Positions 9,763 to 19,407 are shown, numbered from the stretch's first letter. The stretch: DNA of 64,000 bases from Clostridiales bacterium (GCA_019418625.1 DYBL01000010.1:5167-69166), one strand, 5' to 3'. A program made the numbers and translations. The notes: generated from the letters alone by a model not told the origin.

Positions 9763-10746
9763 ATGATCATGCGATTCCTGAAAAAGATCCCCGCAGGTAT
9801 GATGGTCGTGCCCATGTTGCTGGGTGCTGTCATCAATACCTTCATTCCTGAAGTGACCAACATCGGTTCCTTCACCACCGCCATCTTCACCAGCGCCGGC
9901 GCCAACACCGCCATCGGTATCCAGCTGTTCTGCCTGGGCACCACGCTGCAGTTCCGTCAGATGGGCGGCGTCATCAAGCGCGGCGGCGTGCTGCTGATCT
10001 CCAAGTTCATCATCGGTGCCGCCATCGGTATCGGCGTGGGCAAGGTGTTCGGCGCCGAGGGCCTGCTGGGCCTGAGCGCTCTGGCCATCATCTCCGCTGT
10101 CACCAACTCCAACGGCTCTGTGTACCTGGCCCTGATGAACAGCTACGGCGACACCGTCGACCAGGCGGCCATGCCTCTGCTGGCCATCAACGACGGTCCC
10201 ATGCTGACCATGATCGCCATGGGCGCCGGCGGCCTGGCCGACATCCCCTTCATGGCTCTGGTTGCCGCTATCGGCCCCATCCTGGTGGGTATGATCCTGG
10301 GCAACCTGGATAAGGACCTGTCCGACTTCCTGGCTCCCGCCGGCAGCATCCTGCTTCCCTTCGTGGGCTTCTGCCTGGGCTCCGGCATGAACCTGACCAA
10401 CATCGTCAAGGGCGGCGCTCAGGGCATCCTGCTGGGCCTGATCACCTGCTTCGTCGGCGGCGCCTTCATCGTGCTGTGCGACAAGTTCATCAGCCGCCGT
10501 CCCGGCTATGCCGGCTGGGCTGTGGCTACCACTGCCGGTAACGCCGTGGCCGTGCCCGCCGTTATCGCGGAAGCCGACCCTACCTGGGCACAGTGGGCCG
10601 ATGTGGCTACCTCTCAGGTCGCCGCTTCTGCCATCCTGACCGCCATCCTGGTCCCCATCATCACTTCCTGGTGGGCCAAGAAGTATGGCTGCCCCCGGTT
10701 CCCCAAGGACGAGGCCCAGAAAGAACTGTTTGCCAAACAGGCTTAA
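9763..10746 (+). CDS. kdgT: 2-keto-3-deoxygluconate permease
   Basis: KIPAGMMVVPMLLGA, TNSNGSVY, NDGP, GMILGNLD and TTAGNAVAVP motifs typical of KdgT. Confidence 0.9.
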   Translation: MIMRFLKKIPAGMMVVPMLLGAVINTFIPEVTNIGSFTTAIFTSAGANTAIGIQLFCLGTTLQFRQMGGVIKRGGVLLISKFIIGAAIGIGVGKVFGAEGLLGLSALAIISAVTNSNGSVYLALMNSYGDTVDQAAMPLLAINDGPMLTMIAMGAGGLADIPFMALVAAIGPILVGMILGNLDKDLSDFLAPAGSILLPFVGFCLGSGMNLTNIVKGGAQGILLGLITCFVGGAFIVLCDKFISRRPGYAGWAVATTAGNAVAVPAVIAEADPTWAQWADVATSQVAASAILTAILVPIITSWWAKKYGCPRFPKDEAQKELFAKQA

Positions 10747-10788
10747 TCATTCCCAAGATAATCTGAGGATCGAAAGGAGATTTCCACT

Positions 10789-11079
10789 ATGCTGAATGCC
10801 ATGATCGTTGAGCCCAAGGACAACGTCATCGTTGCCATCGAGCCCATCAAGAAGGGCGAGACCGTTACTTACATGTGCGAAGGCGCGGAGAAGACCCTGA
10901 CCGCTCTGGAGGACATCACCATCTACCACAAGCTGGCTGCCTGCGACATCGCCAAGGGCGAGCCCATCAGCAAGTACGGTGAGCACATCGGCCTGGCCGC
11001 CCGCGACATCAAGATGGGCGAGCATGTCCACTGCCACAACCTGGAAGAGCACCGGGAAAACCTGGATGCCAAGGGCTGA
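10789..11079 (+). CDS. UxaA-family dehydratase small (SAF-domain) subunit
   Basis: DNVIVA...HKLAACDIAKGEPISKYGEHIG...HVHCHNL. Confidence 0.9.
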   Translation: MLNAMIVEPKDNVIVAIEPIKKGETVTYMCEGAEKTLTALEDITIYHKLAACDIAKGEPISKYGEHIGLAARDIKMGEHVHCHNLEEHRENLDAKG

Positions 11080-11097
11080 GAAAAGGAGGATTCGAAT

Positions 11098-12261
11098 ATG
11101 AATTTCTACGGTTACAAGCGTCCTGACGGCCGCGTTGGCGTCCGCAACAAGGTTTTGATCCTGCCTGCCAGCGTCTGCGCCTCCGATACCACCCGCATCA
11201 TTGCCCAGCAGGTGGTCGGTTCTGTCACCTTCAACAACCAGCTGGGCTGCTCCCAGGTGGCTTCCGACCAGCAGTTCACCATGGACGTCATGGCCGGCTA
11301 CGCCGCCAACCCCAACGTCTACGGCACTGTGGTCGTGTCCCTGGGCTGCGAGAACTGCCAGATGGATCTGGTGGTGGAGGCCATTAAGCAGCGCACCAAC
11401 AAGCCCCTCAAGCAGGTCATCATCCAGGAGGCCGGCGGCACCCTGAAGGCCATCGACATGGCCGTCCGCTATGCCAAGGAGATGGTGGAAGAGGCTTCCA
11501 TGCTCCAGAAGGAAGAGTTCCCCATGTCCGAGCTGATCATCGGCACCGAGTGCGGCGGCTCCGACCCCACCAGTGGCCTGGCTGCCAACCCCCTGATCGG
11601 CCAGCTCAGCGACCTGATCGTCAAGGAGGGCGGTACCTCCATCCTGTCCGAGACCACCGAGTTCATCGGCGCCGAGCACATCCTGGCCCGCCGCGCCGCG
11701 ACTCCCGAGGTCCACGACCGTATCTTCGAGATCGTGCACCGCTATGAGAAGGCTCTGCAGCTGGTCGGCGAGGAAGTCCGCGAGGGCAACCCCTCTCCCG
11801 GCAACAAGGCCGGCGGCCTGACCTGCCTGGAGGAGAAGTCCCTGGGCTGCATCCACAAGGGCGGCCACAGCCCCGTCAATGCCGTGTATGACTATGCCAA
11901 GCAGGTCGAGGCCAAGCAGGGCCTGGTCATCATGGACACCCCGGGCAACGATCCTTCCTCCGTGGCCGGCATGGTGGCCGGCGGTGCCCAGATCGTGGTG
12001 TTCTCCACCGGCCGCGGCACCCCCACCGGTAACCCCCTGGCTCCCGTCATCAAGATCACCGGCAACAAGCTGACCTATGCCAACATGGTGGACAACATCG
12101 ACGTGGACGCCTCCCCGCTGATCTATGGCACCAAGACCATGGAAGAGCTGGGCAACGAGCTGCTGAAGCTGACCCAGGAAGTGGCCTGCGGCAAGCAGAC
12201 CAAGGCCGAGTCTCTGGGCTACACCGAGATGGCCATCGCCCGCGTGTGCAACTTCGTCTGA
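11098..12261 (+). CDS. UxaA/GarD-family sugar-acid dehydratase large subunit
   Basis: GYKRPDGRVGVRN, LGCE, ECGGSD, NPSPGNKAGGL, EEKSLG, FSTGRGTP. Confidence 0.92.
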   Translation: MNFYGYKRPDGRVGVRNKVLILPASVCASDTTRIIAQQVVGSVTFNNQLGCSQVASDQQFTMDVMAGYAANPNVYGTVVVSLGCENCQMDLVVEAIKQRTNKPLKQVIIQEAGGTLKAIDMAVRYAKEMVEEASMLQKEEFPMSELIIGTECGGSDPTSGLAANPLIGQLSDLIVKEGGTSILSETTEFIGAEHILARRAATPEVHDRIFEIVHRYEKALQLVGEEVREGNPSPGNKAGGLTCLEEKSLGCIHKGGHSPVNAVYDYAKQVEAKQGLVIMDTPGNDPSSVAGMVAGGAQIVVFSTGRGTPTGNPLAPVIKITGNKLTYANMVDNIDVDASPLIYGTKTMEELGNELLKLTQEVACGKQTKAESLGYTEMAIARVCNFV

Positions 12262-12277
12262 TATCGTCTCATTTCCC

Positions 12278-12309
12278 AAAACGGACCCGCTTTTGCGGGT
12301 CCGTTTTTT
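12278..12309 (+). terminator. Rho-independent terminator
   Basis: AAAACGGACCCGC-TTTT-GCGGGTCCGTTTTTT. Confidence 0.85.
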
Positions 12310-12389
12310 CTTATTTTGTGCTTGACAAACAGCAAAAATGGACTATACTGGAAGCAGATCTCAAGATTTATTTTTGTGTACAAAAGATT

Positions 12390-12415
12390 TGGAATTTAAT
12401 TCCGTATTACGGAAT
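12390..12415. promoter_or_regulatory. Operator copy 2, downstream of a TTGACA-16-TATACT promoter (12322-12349)
   Basis: TGGAATTTAATTCCGTATTACGGAAT. Confidence 0.7.
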
Positions 12416-12455
12416 AATGGGGCAAGGCCCCTACAAAAAGAGAGGAGCATTTACG

Positions 12456-13349
12456 ATGAACGCAGCATATCTGACCCCTGCGATCACCCTGTTCAATGAG
12501 GACGGCACCCTGGATCTGGTGAGCCAGGAAAAGCTGTTCAACAACCTGATCGAAAACGGTGTGGACGGCATCCTGGTGGAGGGAAGCTCCAGCGAATTTT
12601 TCGCCATGCCCATGGACCAGCGCCGCCAGATGGCCAAGTTCGCCATTGAGACGGTGGACCACCGGGTCAAGCTCATCATCGGCACCAGCCACATGGTGGC
12701 CGACGAGATCGTCAGCTTCTCCAACTACTGCCTGGATGCCGGCGCCGACGCCGTCATGATCCTGCCGCCCTATTACTTCCACTTCGGCGCCGAGGCCCTG
12801 CTGCAGTACTACGATCGTCTGGCCAGCCAGATCCACGGCAACATCTACATCTATAACTTCCCCGACAACACCGGCTACACCATCCCCGCCGAGACGGTCC
12901 TGTCCCTGGCCAAGATCCATCCCAACATCGTGGGCATGAAGGACACCATCTCCGGTATGGACCACACCCGGGAGCTGATCAAGGTGGTCAAGTCCCACAT
13001 CCCCACCTTTGAGATCTACTCCGGCTTCGACGACAACTTCGCCCACAACGTGCTGGCGGGCGGCAACGGCTGCATCGGCGCGCTGAGCAACGTGGTGCCC
13101 GAGATCTGCTCTGCCTGGGTGAAGGCATTCCGGGAAAACGACCTGGCCGGCATCGCCAAGGGCCAGCAGTCCATCGACCGGCTCATGGACCTCTACACCG
13201 TCCGCAGCCCCTTCCTGCCGGTCATCAAGGAGGCCTGCAAGCTGCGGGGCATCGCCGCCACCAGCGCCGGCACCTTCCCCATGCCCAATGCCACCGTGGA
13301 GGACGACGCCAAGATCCTGGAGCTGCTGCGCCGGGAAGGCGTGCAGTGA
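12456..13349 (+). CDS. DapA/NanA-family class I aldolase (YagE/YjhH-like keto-deoxy-sugar-acid aldolase)
   Basis: GSSSEF, LPPYY, YIYNFP and Schiff-base GMKDT; sugar-acid gene context. Confidence 0.85.
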   Translation: MNAAYLTPAITLFNEDGTLDLVSQEKLFNNLIENGVDGILVEGSSSEFFAMPMDQRRQMAKFAIETVDHRVKLIIGTSHMVADEIVSFSNYCLDAGADAVMILPPYYFHFGAEALLQYYDRLASQIHGNIYIYNFPDNTGYTIPAETVLSLAKIHPNIVGMKDTISGMDHTRELIKVVKSHIPTFEIYSGFDDNFAHNVLAGGNGCIGALSNVVPEICSAWVKAFRENDLAGIAKGQQSIDRLMDLYTVRSPFLPVIKEACKLRGIAATSAGTFPMPNATVEDDAKILELLRREGVQ

Positions 13350-13561
13350 CAGACTGACAACCGAATATGCCGCTTCTGCCGGGCCGCGTAACGCGGCCCG
13401 GCGGTTTTTGTTTGGTTCATGCCGGAAGAAGAAAAACATGTACAAAAAAAGAAAAGATTTCTATGAAACTTCCCGATTTACAAACGGCTCCGGATTTGCG
13501 ATGATAGTCATCGTGCTGCGCCCGGACAAAAAGCCGGGCGGAAGTGGTAAAAGCAACTTTG

Positions 13562-13608
13562 ACACGATATCTTGTGTGTTACAATAGAGCCAACACAACA
13601 TAGGAGAA
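13562..13608 (+). promoter_or_regulatory. Tandem NrdR boxes
   Basis: ACACGATATCTTGTGT (13562-13577) closely matches the NrdR box; a degenerate second box ACACAACATAGGAGAA starts 31 bp downstream; upstream of nrdD. Confidence 0.75.
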
Positions 13609-13634
13609 GGAACACGGAAAGACGGAGGGAACAT

Positions 13635-15833
13635 ATGACAGTCATCAAACGAAACGGCACAGAGGTGGATTTTGACATCGACAAGATCGTTTCCGCTGTG
13701 TCCAAAGCCAACGACAGCGTGGGGGAGGAGGCCCGTCTGACGCCGCTGCAGATCCGGCGGATCGCGGAATTTGTGGAGCTCAGCTGCCTGAAGATGAACC
13801 GCGCTCCCTCCGTGGAGGAGATCCAGGACCTGGTGGAGTATCAGATCATGGCCCACGGGGCCTACGAGGTGGCCAAGCACTACGTCACCTACCGCTATAC
13901 CCGCTCCCTGGTCCGCCGCAGCAATACCACCGATGAGAAGATCCTCAGCCTCATCGAGTGCTGCAACGAGGAGGCCAAGCAGGAAAACTCCAACAAAAAC
14001 CCGGTGGTCAACTCCACCCAGCGGGACTATATGGCCGGCGAGGTGAGCCGGGATCTGAGCGAGCGGCTGCTGCTGCCTCCGGATATCGTGGAGGCCCACA
14101 AGGAGGGCATCATCCACTTCCACGACTCCGACTATTACGCCCAGCACATGCACAACTGTGACCTGGTGAACCTGGAGGACATGCTGCAAAACGGCACCGT
14201 CATCACCGGCACCCTTATCGAGCGGCCCCACAGCTTCTCCACCGCCTGCAACATCGCCACCCAGATCATTGCCCAGGTGGCCTCCAACCAGTACGGCGGC
14301 CAGTCCATCTCTCTGGCCCATCTGGCCCCCTTTGTGGATGTGAGCCGCAAAAAGATCCGCAAGATCGTGGAGCAGGAGATGGAGACCCTTGGCATTCAGC
14401 CCAGCGAGGAGAAGATGCATCAGCTGGTGGAGACCCGCCTGCGGGACGAGGTGCGCCGGGGCGTGCAGACCATCCAGTACCAGGTGCTCACCCTGCTGAC
14501 CACCAACGGACAGGCTCCCTTCGTGACCGTATTCATGTACCTGGGCGAGGCCAAGAGCGACCAGGAGCGCAAGGATCTGGCCCTCATCATTGAAGAGACG
14601 CTGGAGCAGCGCTACCAGGGCGTGAAGAACGAGGACGGCGTGTGGATCACCCCCGCCTTCCCCAAGCTCATTTACGTGCTGGAAGAGGACAACATCCACG
14701 AGGATTCTCCTTACTACTACCTGACGAAGCTGGCCGCCAAGTGCACCGCCCGGCGGATGGTGCCCGACTATATCTCCGCCAAGAAGATGCTGGAGCTCAA
14801 GGGCGACGTGTACACCTGCATGGGCTGCCGTTCCTTCCTGACGCCGGACCGGTTTACCGACGCGGGCATCGGCAACATTGCCAACGCCGGCAACTACGAG
14901 CCCGGCAAGCACAAGTACTACGGCCGGTTCAACCAGGGCGTGGTGACCATCAACCTGCCTGACGTGGCCCTTTCCTCCGGCGGGGATCTGGACAAGTTCT
15001 GGTCCGTCTTTGACGAGCGGCTGGAGCTGTGCCACCGGGCCCTGCTGTGCCGTCATGAGCGGCTCAAGGGCACGCTCTCTGACGTGGCGCCCATTTTGTG
15101 GCAGTACGGCGCCTGCGCCCGCCTGAAAAAGGGCGAGACCATCGACGAGCTTTTGTACCACGGCTATTCCACCATCTCTCTGGGCTATGCGGGCCTTTAT
15201 GAGTGCGTCAAGTACATGACCGGCAAGAGCCACACGGACCCGGAGGCCACGCCCTTCGCCCTGGCCGTCATGCAGCACATGAACGACGCGTGCAAGAAGT
15301 GGAAAGAGGAGAGCGACATCGACTTCTCCCTCTACGGCACGCCCCTGGAGTCCACCACCTACAAGTTCGCCAAGTGCCTCCAGCGCCGCTTCGGCGTCAT
15401 CGAGGGCATCACGGACAAGGGCTATATCACCAACAGCTACCACGTCCATGTCACCGAGGAGATCAACGCCTTCGACAAGCTCAAGTTCGAGGCCCAGTTC
15501 CAGCACCTCTCTCCCGGCGGCGCCATCAGCTATGTGGAAGTGCCCGACATGCAGAACAATCTGGAGGCAGTGCTGGCAGTGATGAAGTTCATCTACGACA
15601 ACATCATCTACGCCGAGCTGAACACCAAGAGCGACTACTGCCAGGTGTGCGGCTGGGACGGTGAGATCCAGATCGTGGAGGAAAACGGCAAGCTCATCTG
15701 GAAGTGCCCCAAGTGCGGCAACACCGACCAGGACAAGATGAACGTGGCCCGGCGTACCTGCGGCTACATCGGCACTCAGTTCTGGAACCAGGGCCGCACC
15801 CAGGAGATCCGGGACCGGGTGATGCACCTTTGA
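13635..15833 (+). CDS. nrdD: Anaerobic (class III) ribonucleoside-triphosphate reductase
   Basis: ATP cone VIKRNG, IHFHD, CMGCRS, zinc CQVC/CPKC, glycyl-radical RRTCGYI. Confidence 0.97.
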   Translation: MTVIKRNGTEVDFDIDKIVSAVSKANDSVGEEARLTPLQIRRIAEFVELSCLKMNRAPSVEEIQDLVEYQIMAHGAYEVAKHYVTYRYTRSLVRRSNTTDEKILSLIECCNEEAKQENSNKNPVVNSTQRDYMAGEVSRDLSERLLLPPDIVEAHKEGIIHFHDSDYYAQHMHNCDLVNLEDMLQNGTVITGTLIERPHSFSTACNIATQIIAQVASNQYGGQSISLAHLAPFVDVSRKKIRKIVEQEMETLGIQPSEEKMHQLVETRLRDEVRRGVQTIQYQVLTLLTTNGQAPFVTVFMYLGEAKSDQERKDLALIIEETLEQRYQGVKNEDGVWITPAFPKLIYVLEEDNIHEDSPYYYLTKLAAKCTARRMVPDYISAKKMLELKGDVYTCMGCRSFLTPDRFTDAGIGNIANAGNYEPGKHKYYGRFNQGVVTINLPDVALSSGGDLDKFWSVFDERLELCHRALLCRHERLKGTLSDVAPILWQYGACARLKKGETIDELLYHGYSTISLGYAGLYECVKYMTGKSHTDPEATPFALAVMQHMNDACKKWKEESDIDFSLYGTPLESTTYKFAKCLQRRFGVIEGITDKGYITNSYHVHVTEEINAFDKLKFEAQFQHLSPGGAISYVEVPDMQNNLEAVLAVMKFIYDNIIYAELNTKSDYCQVCGWDGEIQIVEENGKLIWKCPKCGNTDQDKMNVARRTCGYIGTQFWNQGRTQEIRDRVMHL

Positions 15834-16060
15834 TTCACGCAAAAGGCAAAGCCTTTTGTGTGAATCAGGCAGTTTGCCGCGCGCACTCGCTGTGCTCGCA
15901 CACCGGCAAACCGAGCGGTGTTTTCCCCGAGGCGCATGTTCCCGGGAAAAACAGAGTGATTTTCACGCGTGCCTGAGGGGGCGCATGGAACGACCTTATG
16001 CAGGCGCATGTCCCGCCCGGCGCGGATTTTAAATGATAACCGCCTGCTGCCGGGGATATA
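15831..16060. repeat. Multi-hairpin intergenic element (candidate structured RNA or MITE/REP-like repeat)
   Basis: At least five consecutive inverted repeats and three copies of GGCGCATG fill the nrdD-nrdG spacer. Confidence 0.55.
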
Positions 16061-16075
16061 TTTGGAGGATCGGTC

Positions 16076-16606
16076 ATGCATTACGGAGAGATCAAAAACT
16101 GCGATATCGCCAACGGCGAGGGCGTGCGGGTGACGCTGTTTGTGTCCGGCTGCACCAACCGCTGCCCCCATTGCTTCCAGCCGCAGACCTGGGCCTTTGA
16201 CTACGGAGAGCCCTTTACGGAAAAGACCGAGGAGGAGCTTCTTGGGCTGCTGGCCCCGGACTATATCAGCGGGCTGACGCTGCTGGGCGGCGAGCCCTTT
16301 GAGCCGGAGAACCAGCGTGCGCTGGTGCCGTTTTTGCGCCGGGTGCGGGAAGAGCTGCCTCAAAAGACCATCTGGAGCTACACGGGCTTCACCTATGAGG
16401 AACTGCGCCGGGACGGCAGCCATCCCCGCTGCGAGGTCACCGACGAGATGCTCTCGCTGCTGGATGTGCTGGTGGACGGCCGGTTCGTGGAGGAGCTCAA
16501 GGATATCTCCCTGCGGTTCCGGGGCAGCAGCAACCAGCGCCTGATCGATCTTGCCGCCACCCGGACGGCGGGAGAGGTGCGGCTGGTGCCGGAGCAGCGC
16601 CGGTGA
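16076..16606 (+). CDS. nrdG: Anaerobic RNR activating enzyme (radical SAM)
   Basis: NGEGVRVTLFVSGCTNRCPHC, LGGEPF, FRGSSNQR. Confidence 0.96.
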   Translation: MHYGEIKNCDIANGEGVRVTLFVSGCTNRCPHCFQPQTWAFDYGEPFTEKTEEELLGLLAPDYISGLTLLGGEPFEPENQRALVPFLRRVREELPQKTIWSYTGFTYEELRRDGSHPRCEVTDEMLSLLDVLVDGRFVEELKDISLRFRGSSNQRLIDLAATRTAGEVRLVPEQRR

Positions 16607-16621
16607 AAAAGCTTATAAAAT

Positions 16622-16657
16622 AAAAAGCGGAGAGGCGATCGCCTCTCCGCTTTTTTT
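16622..16657. terminator. Bidirectional terminator between nrdG and pfkA
   Basis: AAAAAGCGGAGAGGCG-AT-CGCCTCTCCGCTTTTTTT. Confidence 0.85.
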
Positions 16658-16661
16658 GCGT

Positions 16662-17678
16662 TCAGAGCAGCTGGCCGGCGCCCTTGTTGTTGGTCAGGGC
16701 TTCCAGGACCTGATAGCGCTCCATATCGAAGGCTTTTTTCATCTGCAGGGCATGCTCCATCTCCAGGTCCACGATGCGTCCGTCCTGGGTGGCGATGACG
16801 CAGTTGCCGCGGCCCTGCGCAAGGGCCTGGACGGCCTCGTAGCCCATGCGGCTGGCAGTCTCCCGGTCCCGGGCGCTGGGAGAGCCGCCTCGCTGGATGT
16901 GGCCCAGCACGGTGACCCGGGGGTCGATGCCGATCTCCTGATGGATGCGCTTGCCGATCTCCACGGCGCTGCCGGCGCCCTCGGCCACCACGATCATATA
17001 GTGGGTGGTGCCGGACAGGCGGGCACGCCGGATCTTCTCCACGATGTCCCGGTCAAAGTCCGTCTCCCGCTCCGGGATCAGCACGGCGGTGGCGCCCACG
17101 GAAATGCCTACATACAAAGCAAGGTAGCCTGCGTGGCGGCCCATGACCTCCACCACGGAGCAGCGCTCGTGGGACTGCATGGTGTCCCGCAGCTTGTCGA
17201 TGCACTCGATGGCGGTGTTGCAGGCGGTGTCAAAGCCGATGGTGTAGTGAGAGCAGCCGATGTCGTTGTCGATGGTGGCGGGGATGCCGACCACCTGGAG
17301 GGAATGGCCCGCCTCTGCCGCCTGACGGGACAGGGCCAGGGCGCCCCGGAACGTGCCGTCGCCGCCGATGGCCACGATGCCGTCCAGACCCAGCAGCTTG
17401 CAGGTGGCCAGGGCCTTGGCCCGGCCGGCCTCGGTCATGAATTCCTCACTGCGGGCGGTATAGAGCATGGTGCCGCCCTTGTTGATGATATGGCTGACGC
17501 TGGACGCGTCCATGTGGAGAAAGTCGCTGTTGATAAGGCCGTTCCAGCCCCGGCGGATGCCGATGCAGTCGATGCCCTGGCCGATGGCGGAGCGCACCAC
17601 TGCCCGCACGGCAGCGTTCATGCCGGGGGCGTCGCCGCCGCTGGTGAGAATGCCGATTCGCTTGACCTGTTTTTCCAT
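16662..17678 (-). CDS. pfkA: ATP-dependent 6-phosphofructokinase
   Basis: TSGGDAPGMN, GGDGT, TIDND, VMGR, LGHIQRGG. Confidence 0.97.
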   Translation of the reverse strand: MEKQVKRIGILTSGGDAPGMNAAVRAVVRSAIGQGIDCIGIRRGWNGLINSDFLHMDASSVSHIINKGGTMLYTARSEEFMTEAGRAKALATCKLLGLDGIVAIGGDGTFRGALALSRQAAEAGHSLQVVGIPATIDNDIGCSHYTIGFDTACNTAIECIDKLRDTMQSHERCSVVEVMGRHAGYLALYVGISVGATAVLIPERETDFDRDIVEKIRRARLSGTTHYMIVVAEGAGSAVEIGKRIHQEIGIDPRVTVLGHIQRGGSPSARDRETASRMGYEAVQALAQGRGNCVIATQDGRIVDLEMEHALQMKKAFDMERYQVLEALTNNKGAGQLL

Positions 17679-18043
17679 ATGTATCCTCCAGACTCCATTC
17701 CGGCAGAAGCCGGCAGGGTAGTTAACCGATTACCCAGACTATACCGCCCGGGAGGAGAGTCTGTCAAGTGCAGATGTGCCTTTGGGGAAATCCTTGTGTA
17801 AAACGATTAACTTTCTGAAATCTCTGTATAAAAAATGACCAAATGCTTGGCTGGAGTGTCGGATGGGATCGCGGGAGGCCCGGGCGCGGGACGAGAGACG
17901 GCGGGGCGGGGAGCCGCAGAGACAAAATGGAAATCAACAAAAAACAACACATGCAAAACAACAGCCCCTGTGGAAATTAGGCAAAGATGCCGAATAACCG
18001 TTGGATAGTATAGAGAAAATCGCAGAGAACACCAAAACGTCTG

Positions 18044-18185
18044 TTGATAAATGTTGATATTTGTTATATTATCGGATTGACTGATGGAGCTTCGCCCTGC
18101 GCCTGGGGCGGCGGAGCAGAACAGGAAGGGAACCTTTCTTCAGCCTCCGGCATGACCGGAAGGATGGACCGGGAGGAGAGATAGT
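18044..18185 (+). promoter_or_regulatory. Promoter (TTGATA-17-TATTAT) and structured 5' leader of the mtnK operon; candidate riboswitch
   Basis: Stems GCUUCGCC/GGCGGAGC, AGGAAGG/CCUUUCU and CUGA/UCAG; CCUCCGG can pair with CCGGAAGG or with the RBS-containing CCGGGAGG. Confidence 0.5.
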
Positions 18186-19388
18186 ATGTCTGAATTCAAT
18201 GCCTTTTTTCTGATGAAGCCGGAGGATGTGAAGCGCTATGCGGTGGAGGTGCTGCACCGCTTTGCCCCGGAAGAGGAGACCGAATGCCGGGAGATCGGCG
18301 ACGGAAATATCAACTACGTTTTTCAGGTGCGCTCGTGCAAAGACGGCCGCTCGGTGATCGTCAAGCAGGCGGACAAGCTCCTGCGCTCCTCCGGCCGCCC
18401 TCTGGACATCTACCGCAACAAGATCGAGGCGGAGACACTGAAGCTGGAGGCCTCACTGGCGCCCCGCTTTATCCCGGAGGTCTATTATTATGACGAGACC
18501 ATGGCGGCCCTGTCCATGGAGGACATCTCCGCCTACAAAAATCTGCGCAAGGAGCTGGCTGCCGGCCGGGTCTACGGCCACCTGGCGGAGAATCTTTCCA
18601 CGTTTTTGGCCCAGTCCCTGCTGCCCACCACGGACCTGGTGATGGACCGGCGGGAGAAAAAGGAGCGGGTGAAGTTTTTCACCAACCCGGAGCTGTGCGA
18701 CATCACGGAGGATCTGGTGCTTACGGAACCCTACTATGACTACAAGGGCCGCAACATCCTCACGGCGGGCAACGAGGACTTTGTGCGCACGTTCCTCTAT
18801 GAGGATGCGGACCTCCACGCCCAGGTGGGCATGCTGCGCAACGGCTTCATGAACAACGCCCAGGCCCTCATCCACGGTGACCTGCACGCCGGGTCCATCT
18901 TCGCAAACGAGGAGGGCGTGAAGATCATCGATCCTGAATTTGCCTTTTACGGCCCCATGGGCTATGATATCGGAAATGTCATCGGCAACCTGTTCTTCTC
19001 CTGGGCCAACAAGGCGTTCACCGGCGCCGGCGCGGAGCAGACGGCGGCCGTGCGGAGCCTGATTGCCGATCTATGCGACAAGACGGCGGAAAAGCTGGCG
19101 GAAAAGTACGACGAGATCGTCCGATTCCCCCTCTATCGGACGGAGGGCTTCCGCAAGGCGTATCTGGACGGCATCATGGCCGATTCCTACGGCTACGCCG
19201 GCACGGAGATCATCCGCCGGGTGGTGGGCGATTCCAAGGTCATGGAGGTCACCTCCGTCACCGATCCCGACCAGCGCATCCCCATGGAACGTGCCCTCAT
19301 CAAGATGGGCATCTTCCTCATCAAGCATCGTGAACAGGGCCTCACCGGTCAGACGGTGGCGCGGGCCTTTGATATGATCCTGGCATAA
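18186..19388 (+). CDS. mtnK: S-methyl-5-thioribose / 5-deoxyribose kinase
   Basis: EIGDGNINYVF, VKQA, NPELCDITEDLV, LIHGDLH, IDPEFAFYGP.GYD. Confidence 0.93.
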   Translation: MSEFNAFFLMKPEDVKRYAVEVLHRFAPEEETECREIGDGNINYVFQVRSCKDGRSVIVKQADKLLRSSGRPLDIYRNKIEAETLKLEASLAPRFIPEVYYYDETMAALSMEDISAYKNLRKELAAGRVYGHLAENLSTFLAQSLLPTTDLVMDRREKKERVKFFTNPELCDITEDLVLTEPYYDYKGRNILTAGNEDFVRTFLYEDADLHAQVGMLRNGFMNNAQALIHGDLHAGSIFANEEGVKIIDPEFAFYGPMGYDIGNVIGNLFFSWANKAFTGAGAEQTAAVRSLIADLCDKTAEKLAEKYDEIVRFPLYRTEGFRKAYLDGIMADSYGYAGTEIIRRVVGDSKVMEVTSVTDPDQRIPMERALIKMGIFLIKHREQGLTGQTVARAFDMILA

Positions 19389-19407
19389 ATTAAGGAGGAT
19401 ATGAACT

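Noticed and set aside
15831..16060. CRISPR array, or intron/intein associated with nrdD
   Set aside because: No regularly spaced direct repeats and no cas genes; nrdD and nrdG reading frames are intact and of normal length.
18079..18176. mtnK leader as a SAM-I, SMK, ZTP, fluoride riboswitch or hammerhead ribozyme
   Set aside because: Only fragments match (GACUGA.GGA, GAUGGAG.UUCGCC, CCGGAAGGAUGG); the required partner motifs of each class are absent.
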